Positions 26,100 through 51,079 of a DNA stretch of 64,000 nt are shown here, in pieces (positions within the stretch are counted from its first letter, which is position 1; each line of letters begins with the position of its first letter). Location of the stretch: positions 16,802,001-16,866,000 of the forward strand of contig NW_024704753.1 in NCBI RefSeq assembly GCF_018977255.1, given 5' to 3'. The position numbers and the translations under genes are program-made. Source of the DNA: Callorhinchus milii. Lineage: Eukaryota. Under the pieces are notes generated by a model. The model did not search any database. It was not told the DNA's origin and worked only from the letters and a program-made list of their open reading frames with translations.

Positions 26100-26432
26100 A
26101 CCTCCCTCTCCTCCTCCCCCTCTTCTGTGACCATTACCACATCATCTGGGTCCCAGACCTTAGTCTCTGGTCTGCCTATTTTGTTGCAATTTCGCCCCCC
26201 CCCCGTTTGGCATTATTAACACCTCTTTAACCCATCATCCCATCCTCTACCCCATTTTATCCATTGTCTACCTTGCCTTGCCTCCTCCCTCTCTCTTTGA
26301 GCCCTTAAAAGCCTCTCCCTCTCAACACGCCCCAGTTCTGACGAAGGGTCATGGACCCGAAACATTGACTCACTTCTTTCCCCATAGATGCTGCCTGACC
26401 TGCTGTGTTCCCAGCGACTTCTGTTTTTGCTC
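26100..26432 (+). mobile_element. Penelope-like element terminal fragment with hammerhead-ribozyme motif
   Basis: Pyrimidine-rich stretch, then CTGACGAAGGGTCATGGACCCGAAAC and GATGCTGCCTGACCTGCTG, as I recall for chondrichthyan Penelope-like termini. Confidence 0.65.
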
Positions 26433-26809
26433 TACATTACTGTTGATCAAAGCAAATTGCCAACCTGATTTAATTTTAGAAGCTTTAGTGAATGACAAAA
26501 GGAGCATTGTCTTCAATGACGTATTGCTTGAATTTGATGCTTCGTTATATAATTGTGATTTGCACAGCACAAGGCAAGCTATTAAGCGGTCCACAAAGTG
26601 GGGTGGGGTGTCTGGCACATGCAGAAACCCAACACGATGCTCGAGTCCAAACCATACTGCAGAGGGTTCCACATAAGTATAGTTTTGTCGGTCTGGTGTG
26701 GGATGTGCATTCTTTCAAAGATTGTAGGCACAGGTTGGCAAGAACCAAGATATGGGGACCCCAGTACATTGGCTACCACTGGAGTTTTTAACTCGTGAAC
26801 GTAGCAAGC

Positions 26810-27502
26810 TTTCCACTGGCACCGCCTTCCATCACCTCCGGAATGTCGCCAGACTACGGCACTATCTCACCCCTCACGCGGCTGAAACTCTGGTCCACGC
26901 CTTTATCACCTCAAGGCTGGACTATGGGAACTCTCTCCTCGTCGGCCTTCCCGGCCCTCCCTCCACACTGCAGGTCATTCAGAACTCTGCAGCTCGTGTA
27001 CTGTCCCGCACCAGACACCGCGACCACATCACTCCCACCCTCGCTCGCCTCCACTGGCTCCCCATCCCCCAGAGGATCGAATTCAAGATCCTCATCCTCA
27101 CCTACAAGGCCATTCACGGCCTCGCTCCCTCCTACCTCTCCGACCTACTATCCCCCTACCTACCCGCCCGTACCCTCCGTTCTTCTGGCTCCGGTCTGCT
27201 CCACATCCCCCGCCCCAACCGCCCTACCATCGGTGGCCTTCAGCCCCGAGGCTCTGGAACTCTATCCCCCAGTGCCTTCGCCGCCTCCTCCCTTTCCTCC
27301 TTCAAGGCCGGTCTCAAGACCTTTCTCTTTGACCGAGCCTTCAGCTCCCCTCTCGACTCTCTACCCCCTCCTCGCTCCCTCCCTTCCCTCCCCTCACCCT
27401 GACCATTTGCTCGGGTCCCGACCCAACTGTACAGCGCCTTGGGACGTCCTCCCGACGTGAAAGGCGCTCTATAAATGGAATCTTGTTGTTGTTGTTGTTG
27501 TT
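26810..27502 (+). mobile_element. L2-clade LINE 3' fragment (ORF2 C-terminus plus tail)
   Basis: AFHHLRNVARLRHYLT..AETLVHAFITSRLDYGNSLL.GLP..LQVIQNSAARV..HITPTL..LHWLPI.QRI.FKI; 3' end AAAGGCGCTCTATAAATG plus (TTG)n. Confidence 0.93.
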
Positions 27503-28010
27503 GCTTGTTCAGCTAGAATCAAAGCCTATTAGGACTTCCATTTGCAGGGTTGATGATCAGATAGGACACAGTACTGATTGAGTTCCAAAGTTCATGGCTT
27601 GAGCATGTAGAACCGAATTAGCTGACTCCGCAGAGATAGCCTAACGCTGGGGCAATATCACACGCACCATCTGTTTTACTGGGTTCAGAGGATTGGCAGC
27701 CTGCAGCAGCGTGCCCCAAAGATCAACAGTAATCATTAATAATGATAATAATCCTTGCATTTAATGTAGCGCTTTGTCACATTGTCGAGACGCCCAGCGC
27801 CTTGGGCCGCCCTCCCACCGCGAAAGGCGCCCCCTACGAACGCGGTTTTTTTTCTTGTCGTCTCGAAAGCGCTTCACGGGAAGCGAGTTGACTGTATTTT
27901 GTGGGCGAAATACGAAAATATAAAAGTCAACAGAAGGGGTTAAATGGCAGAGGTCCCCAGTGCCAAATTTGCACAAGTCCTGAAGATGAAGAGGAAAGTA
28001 GCTGAGTATT

Positions 28011-28341
28011 GTGGAGTCCTGTAGCTCAGGGGTTAGAGCACTCGCTTTGTAAGCGAGAGACCTGAGTTCAATTCCAGGCAGAGGGCGAAACCTTGGGCAA
28101 GTTTCCTTACTCCACACAGAGCCTAATAATAATCCTCCAAAACCAAAAACAATAATAAATTGGTCATTTTCAATCTACGACTGTTTGTGGGACAGTGCTG
28201 TGCGCAATTGGCTGCCGCGTTCGCCCACAAATATACAGTCAATTCACTTTACAGTGTGTTCTGTGAAGCGCTTCGGGACGTCCTCCTGACATGAAAAGCG
28301 CTATATCAAATGCGAGGATTATTATTATTATTATTATTATT
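28011..28341 (+). mobile_element. tRNA-derived Deu-domain SINE (full length) just upstream of the AMT promoter
   Basis: GTGGAGTCCTGTAGCTCAGGGGTTAGAGC...GAGTTCAATTCC...core...(ATT)n. Confidence 0.92.
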
Positions 28342-28425
28342 ACACTCCCTCTGGTGTGTGCACTCAGCCCCAAGGAGAGCCCCTCTGGCGATCAGCTGCT
28401 CGCCCCTCCCTCCTGCCAGCGGGAA

Positions 28426-28540
28426 GCACTGCACCCTGGGAGTTGCGGTTCGCGCTCGCCGCCCCGCACCGCCCAGGCCTACAGCTCCCAGAATGCCCTG
28501 CGCGCCCCCCCGAGTGACTGCGCATGCTCGGAAAGTGGCT
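28426..28540 (+). promoter_or_regulatory. AMT promoter: two opposed ZNF143/Staf-like sites and an NRF1-like site
   Basis: CTACAGCTCCCAGAATGCCCTGCG (28479-28502) resembles ACTACAnnTCCCAnnATGC; reverse-strand ACCGCAACTCCCAGGGTGC near 28431-28449; TGCGCATGCTC near 28519; CpG-rich, 100-200 bp before the ATG. Confidence 0.65.
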
Positions 28541-28629
28541 GCTGCTGCTGCTGGAGGCAGAAGGGAGAGCAGACACACAGCTGTCAGTCAGGCAGTCAGA
28601 GAGGGAGAGGGAGGGAGAGGGGGTGCATC

Positions 28630-31600
28630 ATGCTGAGGGTCGGTGTGGGGCTCAGGCTGGGGCTCCGGTCGGGGGCCGGAGTCCGTCCTCAGGCAAGATT
28701 CAGCCACGGCGGATCGGTGAGTGACCGTGTCCCCGGGGGGGGAGGGGGGGGGGGGGAGGTGTACCGTGACCGCACAGCCAAGGCATTGCTGTGGAGGGGA
28801 GGCGTTGGGTTGGGTTGGCGAGGGGTGGGTTGGGTTGGCGGGGGGTGGGTTGGGTTGGCGGGGGGGGTTGGGTTGGGTTGGCGGGGGGGGGGGTGGGGGT
28901 GGGTTGGGTTGGCGGGGTGGGGGTGGGTTGGGGTTGGGTTGGGTTGGCGGGGGGGGCGGGGTGTGTGTTGGGTTGGCGGTGGGGTGGGGTGGGTTGGGTT
29001 GGGTTGGCGGGGGACGGCGGGTGTGTGTTGGGTTGGCGGTGGGGTGGGTTGGGTTGGGTTGGCGGGGGTGGGTTGGGTTGGGTTGGTGGGGGGGTGGGTT
29101 GGGTTGGGTTGGCGAGGGGTGGGTTGGGGTGGGGTGGGTTGGGTTGGGTTGGCGGGGGACGGAGGGGGGTGTGTTGGGTTGGCGGTGGGGTGGGTTGGGT
29201 TGGGTTGGCGGGGGGTGGGTTGGGTTGGGTTGGCGAGGGGTGGGTTGGGGTGGGTTGGGTTGGGTTGGGTTGGCGGGGGGGACGGCGGGGGGTTGTGTTG
29301 GGTTGGCGGGGGTTGGGTTGGGTTGGCGGGGGGGACGGCGGGGGGTGTGTGTTGACACGGGCGCATTGGCAGCCCGTCACGACTGGACCATAATAAAAGG
29401 ACGCCGGCGATGCATTGGCGTCTTGTGCTACGACCGGAGACGTTGGCTGGAGACGTTGCACTAAAGCCCAAAAAATGAGAGTAATTGGGTCGCTCGATCC
29501 ACGGCGACGCTGCTGCGCGCAATTGGCTGCCGCTTTTCGCCCACAGAGTACACAGTCAATTCGCTTTGCAGTATATCCTGTGAAGCAGGTTGTGACGTCT
29601 TGAAGACGTGATAAAGCTCCATATCAGATGCAAGGATTATTATCATCATCATCATCATCATCAGACAGGCTCTTCGCAAACCAGCAGGAGGAATTGGCAG
29701 CCTGGGGGGGATTATTAGATTAGATTGGGTGGTGGGGGGGGGGGTAGAGGGATTATCAAACCATCCCTCTGAAGTATGAAGATCCTCATCTTGCTTGTAT
29801 CTGTCGGGCTACCGGTGCTGCAGCATTTTGGGTTGATTGACGATGAAAAAATAATTGAGTTGCAGACTTTTCGCAGTTAGGTGGCTACGTCCGCTCTCCC
29901 CTTTGTTTAACTACTGTGCACAGGACCGGCAGGAGTCTTACAGTTCTGAAGCGGCTTCTATACGGTACAGAGGTCGCTCTTTTTTTTTGGTTTGGTTTAA
30001 ATTACACTTGTTACCCCTTTCTCGCAGCATCCTATGTCAGGTTGTTAACCTTTTTTTTTGTACATTCTTGTTTTTGTGTTCTTGTTGGCAATCCTGTACA
30101 TTATAACGTTTCAGACTTTTGTTTTAAAAATGAACTTTAAATTCAAGGTCGCAGTATGTTGAACTCTGGAGTAACTTTGCAACTGTAATATTTTCAGTTG
30201 ATTTCTAATCTGCTTGATCTACTTGATTTATGGTGCCTGAGCTACATGATTACATTACTGCAGTCACTAAAAGGTATAGGTTGGCTATGCAATGCAAAAT
30301 CTGTCAGATGTTTTAAGATGGTGCGAATGTGTTCGGCAGTGATATCCATTTCTGTTTTTTGGTTCAGGAATCTCTCAGGAAGACCCCTCTCTATGACTTC
30401 CATCGGAGCCAGGAGGCTCGGATGGTAGATTTTGCAGGATGGAGTATGCCGGTTCAGTATAAAGACAGTCACATTGCTTCACACTTACACACAAGGGAGC
30501 ACTGTTCACTGTTTGATGTGTCTCACATGTTGCAGGTAAGGCCACAACTTAATACAGACTGACTGATAAACTTGGCCCTTACCCTGGAATCCATACATTT
30601 TACCTCCATTTCCTTACTGCCGACTCTCTATCTGTTCAGTTAGAGGTATTTTTTGGGAGGTGTAGTTTTATGTGGCCCCTTGACACTTTCACCAGTGTAA
30701 TATTTAGGTATTTGTTTTTAAAAAAAACATGCTAACACCTACACTTGTTTTAAGTTCCTCTTGAACTTACCTTGACAGTGCTGATTCTATATATGCCCTG
30801 TCGTGTATTTTTAAAACATATACGTAAGCTCATTCAGATCTGTATTTCAGTCTAAGGTGGTGGGGAAAGACCGAGTGAAGTTCATGGAGAGTTTGATCGT
30901 TGGGGACATTGCTGAGCTCAAAGAGAATCAAGTGAGTAAAGTCTTCTATAAGAGGTGCATTCTTCCTATTCTGACCGTCTACTCTTCGTGTTAATGATGG
31001 TGCTCTTCAAGCCGATTAAAACAAATCTTTATTTATCAATTTAAATTCTGGTAGGTTTTGCTATAAAGTACAAATACTGCGCTTTTTAAAATTTAACTTC
31101 AAGCTTTTTTAATCAAGGCCTGTAGTCAGCAAACGATGGCATTCAAAAAGAGTCGATGAGACGAATCAAGAAACAATAGTTAGGTGATTTTAAAGGCTTG
31201 TAGATTGTAGGAAGAGGGCGAGACTGAGTGAAGTGAGGTGTTCCAGTCTTGTGGTCCTGGGAAAAAATGAGTTAGCTGAAGTTAGCAATCAGTTTTGATT
31301 TTAAGTTAGCGATGATGAATGAGGGATAAAATCTATGTTAAATTATTGTCACATAGTGGGGACGTTGTGTGGTTAAATACGGCACTATTTTCCATAGAAT
31401 ATTTATGCCTCTCTGCTTTTCATGACCTCACCAGTCATCCTTTGGCCAGCGATTGGGGGATGTTGGATGCATCTAGCTATTCTGTGTAGAATATCTTCTC
31501 TTACTGGTTTGCAAATAAGGGTCAGTGAATTATGTATTCTCTTGTGACTCTTTGCTTGCTTTGTTTCAGGGCATGCTGTCCCTCCTTACGAATGAGAAGG

Positions 31601-34600
31601 GAGGTGTCATTGATGATCTAATAGTGAGCCAGACATCAGATGGGTATCTGTTTGTTGTGTCGAACGCTGGCTGTGCTGACAAAGATTCTGCCCACATGAA
31701 GGTCTGTTGATAAAGTCTTGAGGGTAAAGCTCAAGGACTGTAGAAACAAAGGTGTTTCTCTTTCTTACACTAATGTAATTGAGATGGGGGGTGAGAGGCA
31801 GTTATTATATTGTCAAGTATTATAAAATTGCTGATATTTTTCATAGAAACGCCTCTTCCAGCTCATGATCAGGGACTTATTGAGCTTTATCAGTTCATTC
31901 CTGGGTCTTGTGTGAGATTTGTAGCTTTATTTCCACCAACTGCTACCTCGGCTGAGATAGTCACACTCACAGCACAGTCTGGGATATGAAGGTGCATGTT
32001 TCTCATCTATGTAGCTCAGTACTCACCAAGGACACAGATATTCTTGGAACTAAGAACCAATTGGAGGCCGGTGGGTAGGCATTGGATCTGTTCCCAGGGA
32101 GTTGCAAATGCTTCTGCTGATATTTATCTTCTACCCAGTGGAGCACATTAGTGGCCCAGATCCAATAAAGAGCCAGCTCCAACAAGGCTCTACGTACTGT
32201 TTGCTGGCACAGAAACCTGCACACACTGTTCTAACATCGCATTACTGTTATCAGTGACTGAATTTTCTGTTTTGTAGCGTAAACTTGCAGAGTTTAAAGC
32301 TGCTGGATACGATGCTGACTTGGAATTTTTGGAAAGAGGATTGATTGCGGTGCAAGGTAACTTACTATATATCCTGTGCGCAATCGGCTGCCGCGTTTCG
32401 CCCACAAAATATAGAGAAGCGCTTTGAGACGTCTCGAAGACGTAATTAGGTGCTATATCAAATGCAAGGATTAGTATTATTTTTAGCCTGCAACTCTCAT
32501 GTCCATGTTCAACATAACTGTTATACTCGTGCTGTTCGCTATATAGAATTATGAATGGCGATGAATGCTCAGTTGTAGGAATTATTTGTTCCTCCAGCTA
32601 AGTGTCTGCACATACACAGCTATCAGTGGAACCAAATCCCTTCTGATCGAGATACTAGTGCGAAGAGCAAGAAAGTCTCTGCATTTTCTCTCTGTGGAAG
32701 TTAAGCTACTTTAGTTCCACACCCATTCAAGTGGCCACCTGAAATAGTTGACCTATTGTAACAAGTGGCCCGAGCATTTGATCAGTTCTCTGCTGTGTCC
32801 TTGGAGACGATGTTTGTTCTGTGCACTGGCAATCCTTATTTTTGTTCCTAACGTAATTTTCCTATCTGTGCTTCAGGGCCATCAACTGCGCGGGTTTTGC
32901 AGGAGGGCATGAGCGACGACCTCAGCAAGCTGACGTTCATGTCGAACGCGGTGATGACTGTGTTTGGGGTTCCGGGCTGCAGAGTCAGTCGCTGCGGATA
33001 CACTGGAGAGGACGGGGTTGAGGTAGCTATTTCTTGCTAACAGTGTACTGGAGCTCTTTTAGTAATTAATTGAGTGGGCAGGGTTATGCGGCGCAATGGT
33101 GTGCATTTACACGGTGCCCTACACACGGAGCGCTTAAAAGATAACACGGAAGAATAGCAATTGGAAGCGTGAAAGCGCCAGGCATTGGAATTAAAATATC
33201 TGGCGAGATGGAATAAACTGGCGTAACAGCCTCGATGGGCTGAATGTCTCAGTAATAGCATTCCACGTATAAGCTGTGTCTGAGAGGGATGCCCTACCTA
33301 TTCCTAATCTTATGCCCTGTTACTCAGTGAGATGTCGTTACTCAGTGAGACTCTTATTTGCACCTTACTGGAATTTGGGAACTGTGTTTGTAACACTCTT
33401 CCCCAGGCACTTATATTCTGGAGTTTAACTGAAATGGATTGCTTGAATTTTTGTGCAATTTAGGAATGTGAGCATAGGGAAAAGGTATTACCTAGTTTAT
33501 GAAGGGATCAAGCCCTAGAGGGATGTGAAAAAATTGAGTGATAGAGGAATACAGAGGGATTTGCTGCTGATTAATAATAAAGTAATAATAATAAACCTTG
33601 CATTTGATACAGCGCCTTATCACGTCTTTGAGACGTCTCAAAGCGCTTCACAGAATATACTATAAAGTGAATTGACTATATTTTGTGGGCAAAATTAAAC
33701 CGTAAAAACTTACCTCGATTTGTGATACAAAGAAGTTCGGTAAGGATTTGAAGTGTAAGGATTTGATTGAGAGATTGGTGAGACATTCTCCCGACTCTAT
33801 ACCTCAGTGTTAATTATTCTTGTTGTTTTAGATTTCTGTTCCAATTCAACGCACTGTTGAGCTGGTGGAGTCTTTGTTGAAGCACAGTGAGGTCAAACTC
33901 GCGGGCCTTGGATCCAGGGACAGCCTACGCCTCGAGGCCGGACTCTGTCTCTATGGAAATGACATTGATGAGACCACCACTCCAGTGGAAGCAACCCTGA
34001 TGTGGACCATAGGTAGTCAATGGATTTCTTTCTCAATGTCTCCTTATTCTAGTCTAGTTTTTATTTCTCCTATGTTCTCCAGGCAACATGGGGTGCTCTC
34101 CGTTACTGAGACATTACTGTCATTTCTGCCCGTGTTGAATTCTGAATGGACTGAACCTGCTTTGTTTCTTCCTGTTCGTCCATAGGGAAACGTCGGCGTG
34201 TGGCCGGGGATTTTCCCGGAGCTTCGGTCATTCTCGGGCAGATCAAAGAGAAAACGAAGAGAAAGCGAGTGGGTCTGACCTCGACAGGCCCTCCCGTCAG
34301 GCAGCACACCCCGATCCTAAATGCAGACGGAAAAAAAATCGGTGAGTTAAGCTGGAATGGGAGATTGAGATTGCGAGGTACACAAACCTTTTCATTTCAG
34401 TCAGTTGTGTCTCTCACGAGCACACCTCATCGTGCTCTAGGTAGGAGAACTCGGCAGATGTTCCGTTTGCTGTTTTTTGTGTAATCTGTCCTTCGGGGAA
34501 AGGGGAAAGAAACTCCTCTGATCAGTTAACTCAGCATAGACTAGAGTCCTAGTCTTTCCTAGTTTCAGTTTAGCCACGGGCAGAATGGCTTTAGCGTTAC

Positions 34601-35059
34601 TGTTCTGAAGCAGAATTGGAGATGGATACGAGCTGCATAGAGCTCTAAAGTGATCTCCTTTCACCGCCCTCCAACCACAACACTGCTCAGTGAGCGCAGT
34701 GTACTCAAGCGCTCCGGGACCCTTGTAAATGCCAAGTGGGTTCCCAGCTTCTTATTCTGTTGCTAGCTCCATCAGCCACCATGGCTGTAACTTGTATTCC
34801 AGATATCAATAAGAAAACAAACCACCTGAGGAGGTTAGTTTCTGTTCTTCTAACCCCGTTTCACATTATTTGACCCGCAGGAGAAGTGACCAGTGGCTGC
34901 CCATCACCCTGCCTGAAAATGAACATAGCCATGGGCTACGTGGAGTCACAGTACAGCAAGGCAGGCACACCCTTAAAGGTGGAAGTTAGGAAAAAGATTG
35001 TGGATGCTGTTGTCAGCAAGATGCCTTTTGTGCCGACCAAATACTATATTGTCAAGTGA
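28630..35059 (+). CDS. AMT: Aminomethyltransferase, mitochondrial (glycine cleavage system T protein), 9 exons, 402 aa
   Basis: Exons 28630-28716, 30368-30535, 30851-30931, 31570-31701, 32278-32356, 32877-33022, 33832-34012, 34186-34341, 34881-35059; GT-AG, phase-consistent, 1209 nt. Arg-rich, acid-free N-terminal transit peptide; motifs [77 protein letters not shown]. Confidence 0.98.
28800..29353 (+). repeat. G-rich (GGGTT/GGGTTGGC)n repeat in AMT intron 1
   Basis: About 550 bp of GGGTT-based units; the source of the spurious Gly/Trp and Pro/Thr ORFs. Confidence 0.95.
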
Positions 35060-36599
35060 TCTTTGCCCCTTTTCGAGCGGAGAAAGAAAGGAGTAGAAAT
35101 CTAATGCCTTGAACAAGAGATCTGATGAATTTCAGACTTTACCACAATTGCGCTCATATTAATTCGCGTTATTTGGGTATCATTTGGTTGAGACTTGAAT
35201 AGTGTTTGGGTGTTGGTTCACAGAGGTGATTTTGTGAACCGATGTATAATGTTTTATATCGAGAAACTGCAAAATACCTGTTGATTGTAACATTGGTATC
35301 CAGAACACTGAGCAGTTTCAGCAATGACTTTTGGACATTTGAACAACAGATTGACTTTGTAGCTCAGCACTGTATTCGGCTAGTTTTTTAACCATCTCAC
35401 ACTGTTGGGACATCTGTCCACAATTAGTCAACTAACACCCCTTAGGTGTCTTTCAATTTTGTACATAAATAATTTGTAGGTCACTGGAGTTTATATTGTA
35501 AAATAGAATTATTGAAATGTACAAACTAATCAACTTGCAAATAACTCATTTTAAATTTAGATGTAATTTTGTACATGTGTTTTCCTGATGTGATGATCAA
35601 ATATTACTGCATTTCATTATATTTAAAAAAAAGTATCCTCAATGGTGACAGTGATGTAATTGCTCATTCACCTCTTTGAGCCATGATTTACTCTATGGAA
35701 CGATTGGTGAGGGAGTCTGGTCACAGATAGTGTTTGTAGTACTAACCACAGTTTTTCTGGATGATCATGAACACTGGGATAATAATAATAATCCTTGCAT
35801 TTGATACAGCGTCTTATCACGCCTTTGAGATGTCTCAAAGCGCTTCACAGAATAAACTAAAGTGAATTGACTGTATTTTGTGGGCGATAGGCGATATCAG
35901 TGGCCTGAGACTGGTCAGAATTTCACACAAGATCAGTTTCTCAGGGGAAATTGGGAATAGCTTTCAACATGGGCACTTTTAGGATTGTTAAATTTGTTTC
36001 ACACTATTTTATTGTGCAAATCAATGTTCGGAGGTCGTGCCATCGGGTTTCACAGTGCCAGTCAGGAAAGCAGACACTGCTGCATACAAGAAGTTCGAAA
36101 CCTCTCAGGATCGTTGATTGAAAGCCTACTTTCTACACATTCAGTCTGCTCCTCGCAAGTACTCTGATGAATCACTGGAAATTTTGCAAAATCTTAAACT
36201 TCAGTATTTGCCTTCGTTCTTTTTTTTTTACATTCCGGAGACTTCGACGCTTGATTATAAAGACGTTTTCTATGTGTGCGTTTGTACGAGGGGAGGGCGG
36301 TGGCGGTGGCGGTGGCGGCGTGGGGTGGGGGGTGGGGGGGAGTTGTAATCATGAGAGATTGTACTGAAATTATTCGATTAAAAAAAAAAATCGACGCTTT
36401 TGTCTCCACGCCTGTGTGCATTTATTTATTTGCCTCGCAATTTGCTTGTCGCCTGATTATTATTATTATTGTTAATGATAACAATAATAATTTGGTCACT
36501 CAGCTGCTTATTATTTCATTCACTGTTCACTGAAGGACATGGGGTGGGTGGGTGGGGGGGGGGGAGGAGGGGACACGTGTTGGGGGTGGGTGGGTGGGG

Positions 36600-36744
36600 T
36601 CAGAGGTCAGTGCGGGGCGGACCTCTCGCCCCGCACAAGCATGGCGGCCGCGCGCGGCGCATGCGCACCCGGCGGCCGCGCGCGGCGCATGCTGGGAGGT
36701 GCGGCCTGGTCGGGGCGAGCGGCCATGGAGACCAGAGCGAGAGG
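36600..36744 (+). promoter_or_regulatory. BAP1 CpG-island promoter / 5' UTR with NRF1 site in a 22-bp direct repeat
   Basis: GGCGGCCGCGCGCGGCGCATGC at 36643-36664 and 36671-36692; GCGCATGCGC at 36657-66; GC box GGGGCGG near 36614. Confidence 0.65.
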
Positions 36745-48225
<11,481 letters not shown>

Positions 48226-49508
48226 TATTAAAGACTGACTGCACATTAGCACGGACGTCATGCTTGAGCACCCAAGCATTCTCTGCGAGTGTCTGACAAC
48301 AGCTCTTGGTCCTGAGACCATTTGCTTCAGGCTGTCTGTCCCCGGCAGAGGACAGATAATTACACTAATGTTGGATCTGGCTTGGAAAAGAAAACTGAGG
48401 ATGGGAGCGGTAGAATGTCAGTGAGTCAAGGCTAGTGGTGTCAAGGAGACTGTTTTCTAAACGTGGACCACAACAAAATAGCACAAAGCTGACCACCCCC
48501 CCCACCCCAATCTTCTTATTGCCCTTACCAACAGAAGCATGACAAACTACACTGGGAGGTATAGCCTTGATCTGGCTTCTATTGTGTACGCAGACTGAAT
48601 GAACTGCTTTTATTCCATCTGATCCACCCACCCAACCCAACCCCTGGGTGAGCAGTATCCCTCGTCATTTCATTTTGGGGGGTGGGGGAACACTTATTTT
48701 GTGGACAGGGAAAGGACAACTGTTCTGCTGTTACAACCCTGACACTGACTGATTGGATTGAGGGCTCAGAAGGGAGTTGGTTGCTTGAAGTTGGCTGCGA
48801 CACATGTAGAAGAACACCGAGGGTTTGGATACTCGCTTGGGGTATCTTTGTTTGGAGGTTTCTTGTTTGAATTTTGAATTAATTGCCAATTTAAATTAAA
48901 GAGCACTTTTTAAAACGGCTGCATTGAGCAATAAATTGAAACAAACCTGAAATGAAAGGTACAGGGTCTTGAGCTTTTCTGCTGCAATATTGGGTAATAT
49001 GACTGACTGCCCGGATCAGCATTAGGTCATAGAGGTTACATATCTGTGCTGTTAGCTCAGTGCAAAAGTACAATGTATTTTGGGGTGAACTGGAAAGGTA
49101 TTCCACCTCAGGTAACCCAGACACATGGCTTGCAGTCAGGTGTGTAGCAATCCAAGACAGTGTTAGTGATTGTCAGGCTTGTTTGGCTCATCAATGAGAC
49201 CTAAACCCAAGAGAGAGGGCAGTACTGGCTAGTTAGAATAACTTATACTATATAACATCTTGTGGCATTTTGCCACTCTCCACTTTATCTTTTAACGCAT
49301 CACCTCTGTTATATTATAAGTAAGACTATTAAAGGAAGCTGAAGTCTCTATTCACCTTTGAACCTTAATTAAGATGAATCCACAAAATATTGTCTGGAAA
49401 GCTATGCCAAAATAAACCCAGAATCCAAAATGTTACGTTTTGGAAACGACGGAGATATTTCAGCAGCATTCAGAGGATGATGTTTTTCTCGTCTGCTGCT
49501 GTTGGAAC

Positions 49509-51079
49509 TCATTCCTTGAAAGTCTCTTTCTTTCTTGCTATTGGACCTGTGTGAATGAAATTTAATACATTTAAATAATTAAAAGAACTGGTTTCAATTT
49601 CAGAGGAAGCCAAAGTGCAACCCTTGCTCTCTCTCGTTTTAAATATAAACCCAGAGAATTGATCCCAGTTTCAGTCACTTTTTAATGAAGTCTTGCCCAT
49701 TATGGTGCATTTCTTGAGCACCAACCTCAGGAAGGTCCCACGTCTCCATTGGGTCACAGTTATGGGATGAGAGCACGGTGGCCGTACCGTCAGCCACCAT
49801 GCCCCGAAAACCCCCTCAATCCCTCCGCCTTGCCCCTTCCCACTTTCAAATCCCGCCTAAAGACCTTTTTTTTTTGATGGTGCTTACGGTCACCTCCCCT
49901 CTTCCCCCTGGCTCGAGGTCACACTCCGCCACCGTCGAGCACTCCAGGACTCTACCCCGCATGAAGGTACTCTCCATTGGTCACTCATTAATGGTATGAG
50001 AGTTTATACTTTCCATTGATCCCAGTGAGGGGATGAGTGTTTGTGCTCTCTATTGACCTCGGGTCTTTTATTGTGAACTTGGAATATGAATATCAGCATC
50101 AATGCTCTGCCCGACATTGACAAAGACCAGGGATTAATCCATGAATCTTTATGAAATGTGGAGTTTGATCATACCTCATATCTTATGCGCTGAGCCGCCA
50201 TAAGATATGAAGTATATCAAACAGACTGGTATTGTTTGCAGAACTACTTTAAAATTATCATTACTTACAAAAGTTGCAAACAGGTATGTCAATCCAGTAT
50301 TTCAAGCCTTCCGCGCTGTTTTCGTGGAATTGATTTGCATACTGAGGAAGCAGTTGAGGTTCCACCGCCGATTTACCGCTCGGATAAGCCTCTAAATTTG
50401 AAAGGAAGAAAGGTTCAGTTGGTTCTCAAAAAAATATGTAAAAATTAAATTTTGTTTAAAAAAAAAACTTGCTTCATCACGGTAAGTAAGATTGAGCATT
50501 TAAGCGTCTGTAATTAAGACTAACCTGGCTTCAACTGCACGTATTCGTTCTTAAGGTAACCAGCAATCTTCGACATTGGGACAACATGCAGACAGCCATC
50601 GTAATTGAAACGGGAGCGTGACTCTTTGTAAACGGGCGGAGATCCTAAAAATTGGTCGCAAACAACAAAGGTGTGAGGTACAAAGATCCCGGGGGAGAAT
50701 TCTTGTTTTCAAATTGTTTTGAAATGCTCCTTTGATCTGGAATGGGAAGTATAAATCACTCGGGTTAGTATGAACTCTGAACAGGGGCAACCCTGTTGGA
50801 ACACCACTCTGGTTGAGTTCAAATTCACTTAGAGCTTAGAGCCATTAAAAGAGACAACATAAAGATGTTGGTCTGGGTAGGAGTGGAACCAGGAAAATGT
50901 GAAGCCAAAGGGGTGGATCAGAGGAGGATTGAATGTTCGACAGTGTCAAATGTAGCAGACGTGTCCAGGTGGACTGTTAATGAATATTACATATTTTAAT
51001 GATTTACACATTAAAAGAAACAGCATAGTTTCAGAACAGTGCACTTACCTTCAACCCCCATGATACTTAATGTAGGTGT
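49509..51079 (-). other. Candidate spliced small gene converging on the BAP1 3' end (57 aa)
   Basis: Exons 51079-51049, 50391-50269 and 49546 onward, with consensus acceptors and GTAAGT donors; in-frame ORF from atcATGG (51061) to TGA (49509). No homolog recognised. Confidence 0.4.

Noticed and set aside
26752-27460. Host gene from the 216/221-aa ORFs
   Set aside because: 5'-truncated, frameshifted L2 ORF2 fragment.
28011-28085. tRNA gene (also at 7667, 37727, 41300, 51190)
   Set aside because: tRNA-like A/B boxes lead into SINE body sequence; these are SINE heads.
28291-29522. Long Gly/Trp- and Pro/Thr-rich ORFs
   Set aside because: Artefacts of the (GGGTT)n repeat; only 28630-28716 is coding (AMT exon 1).
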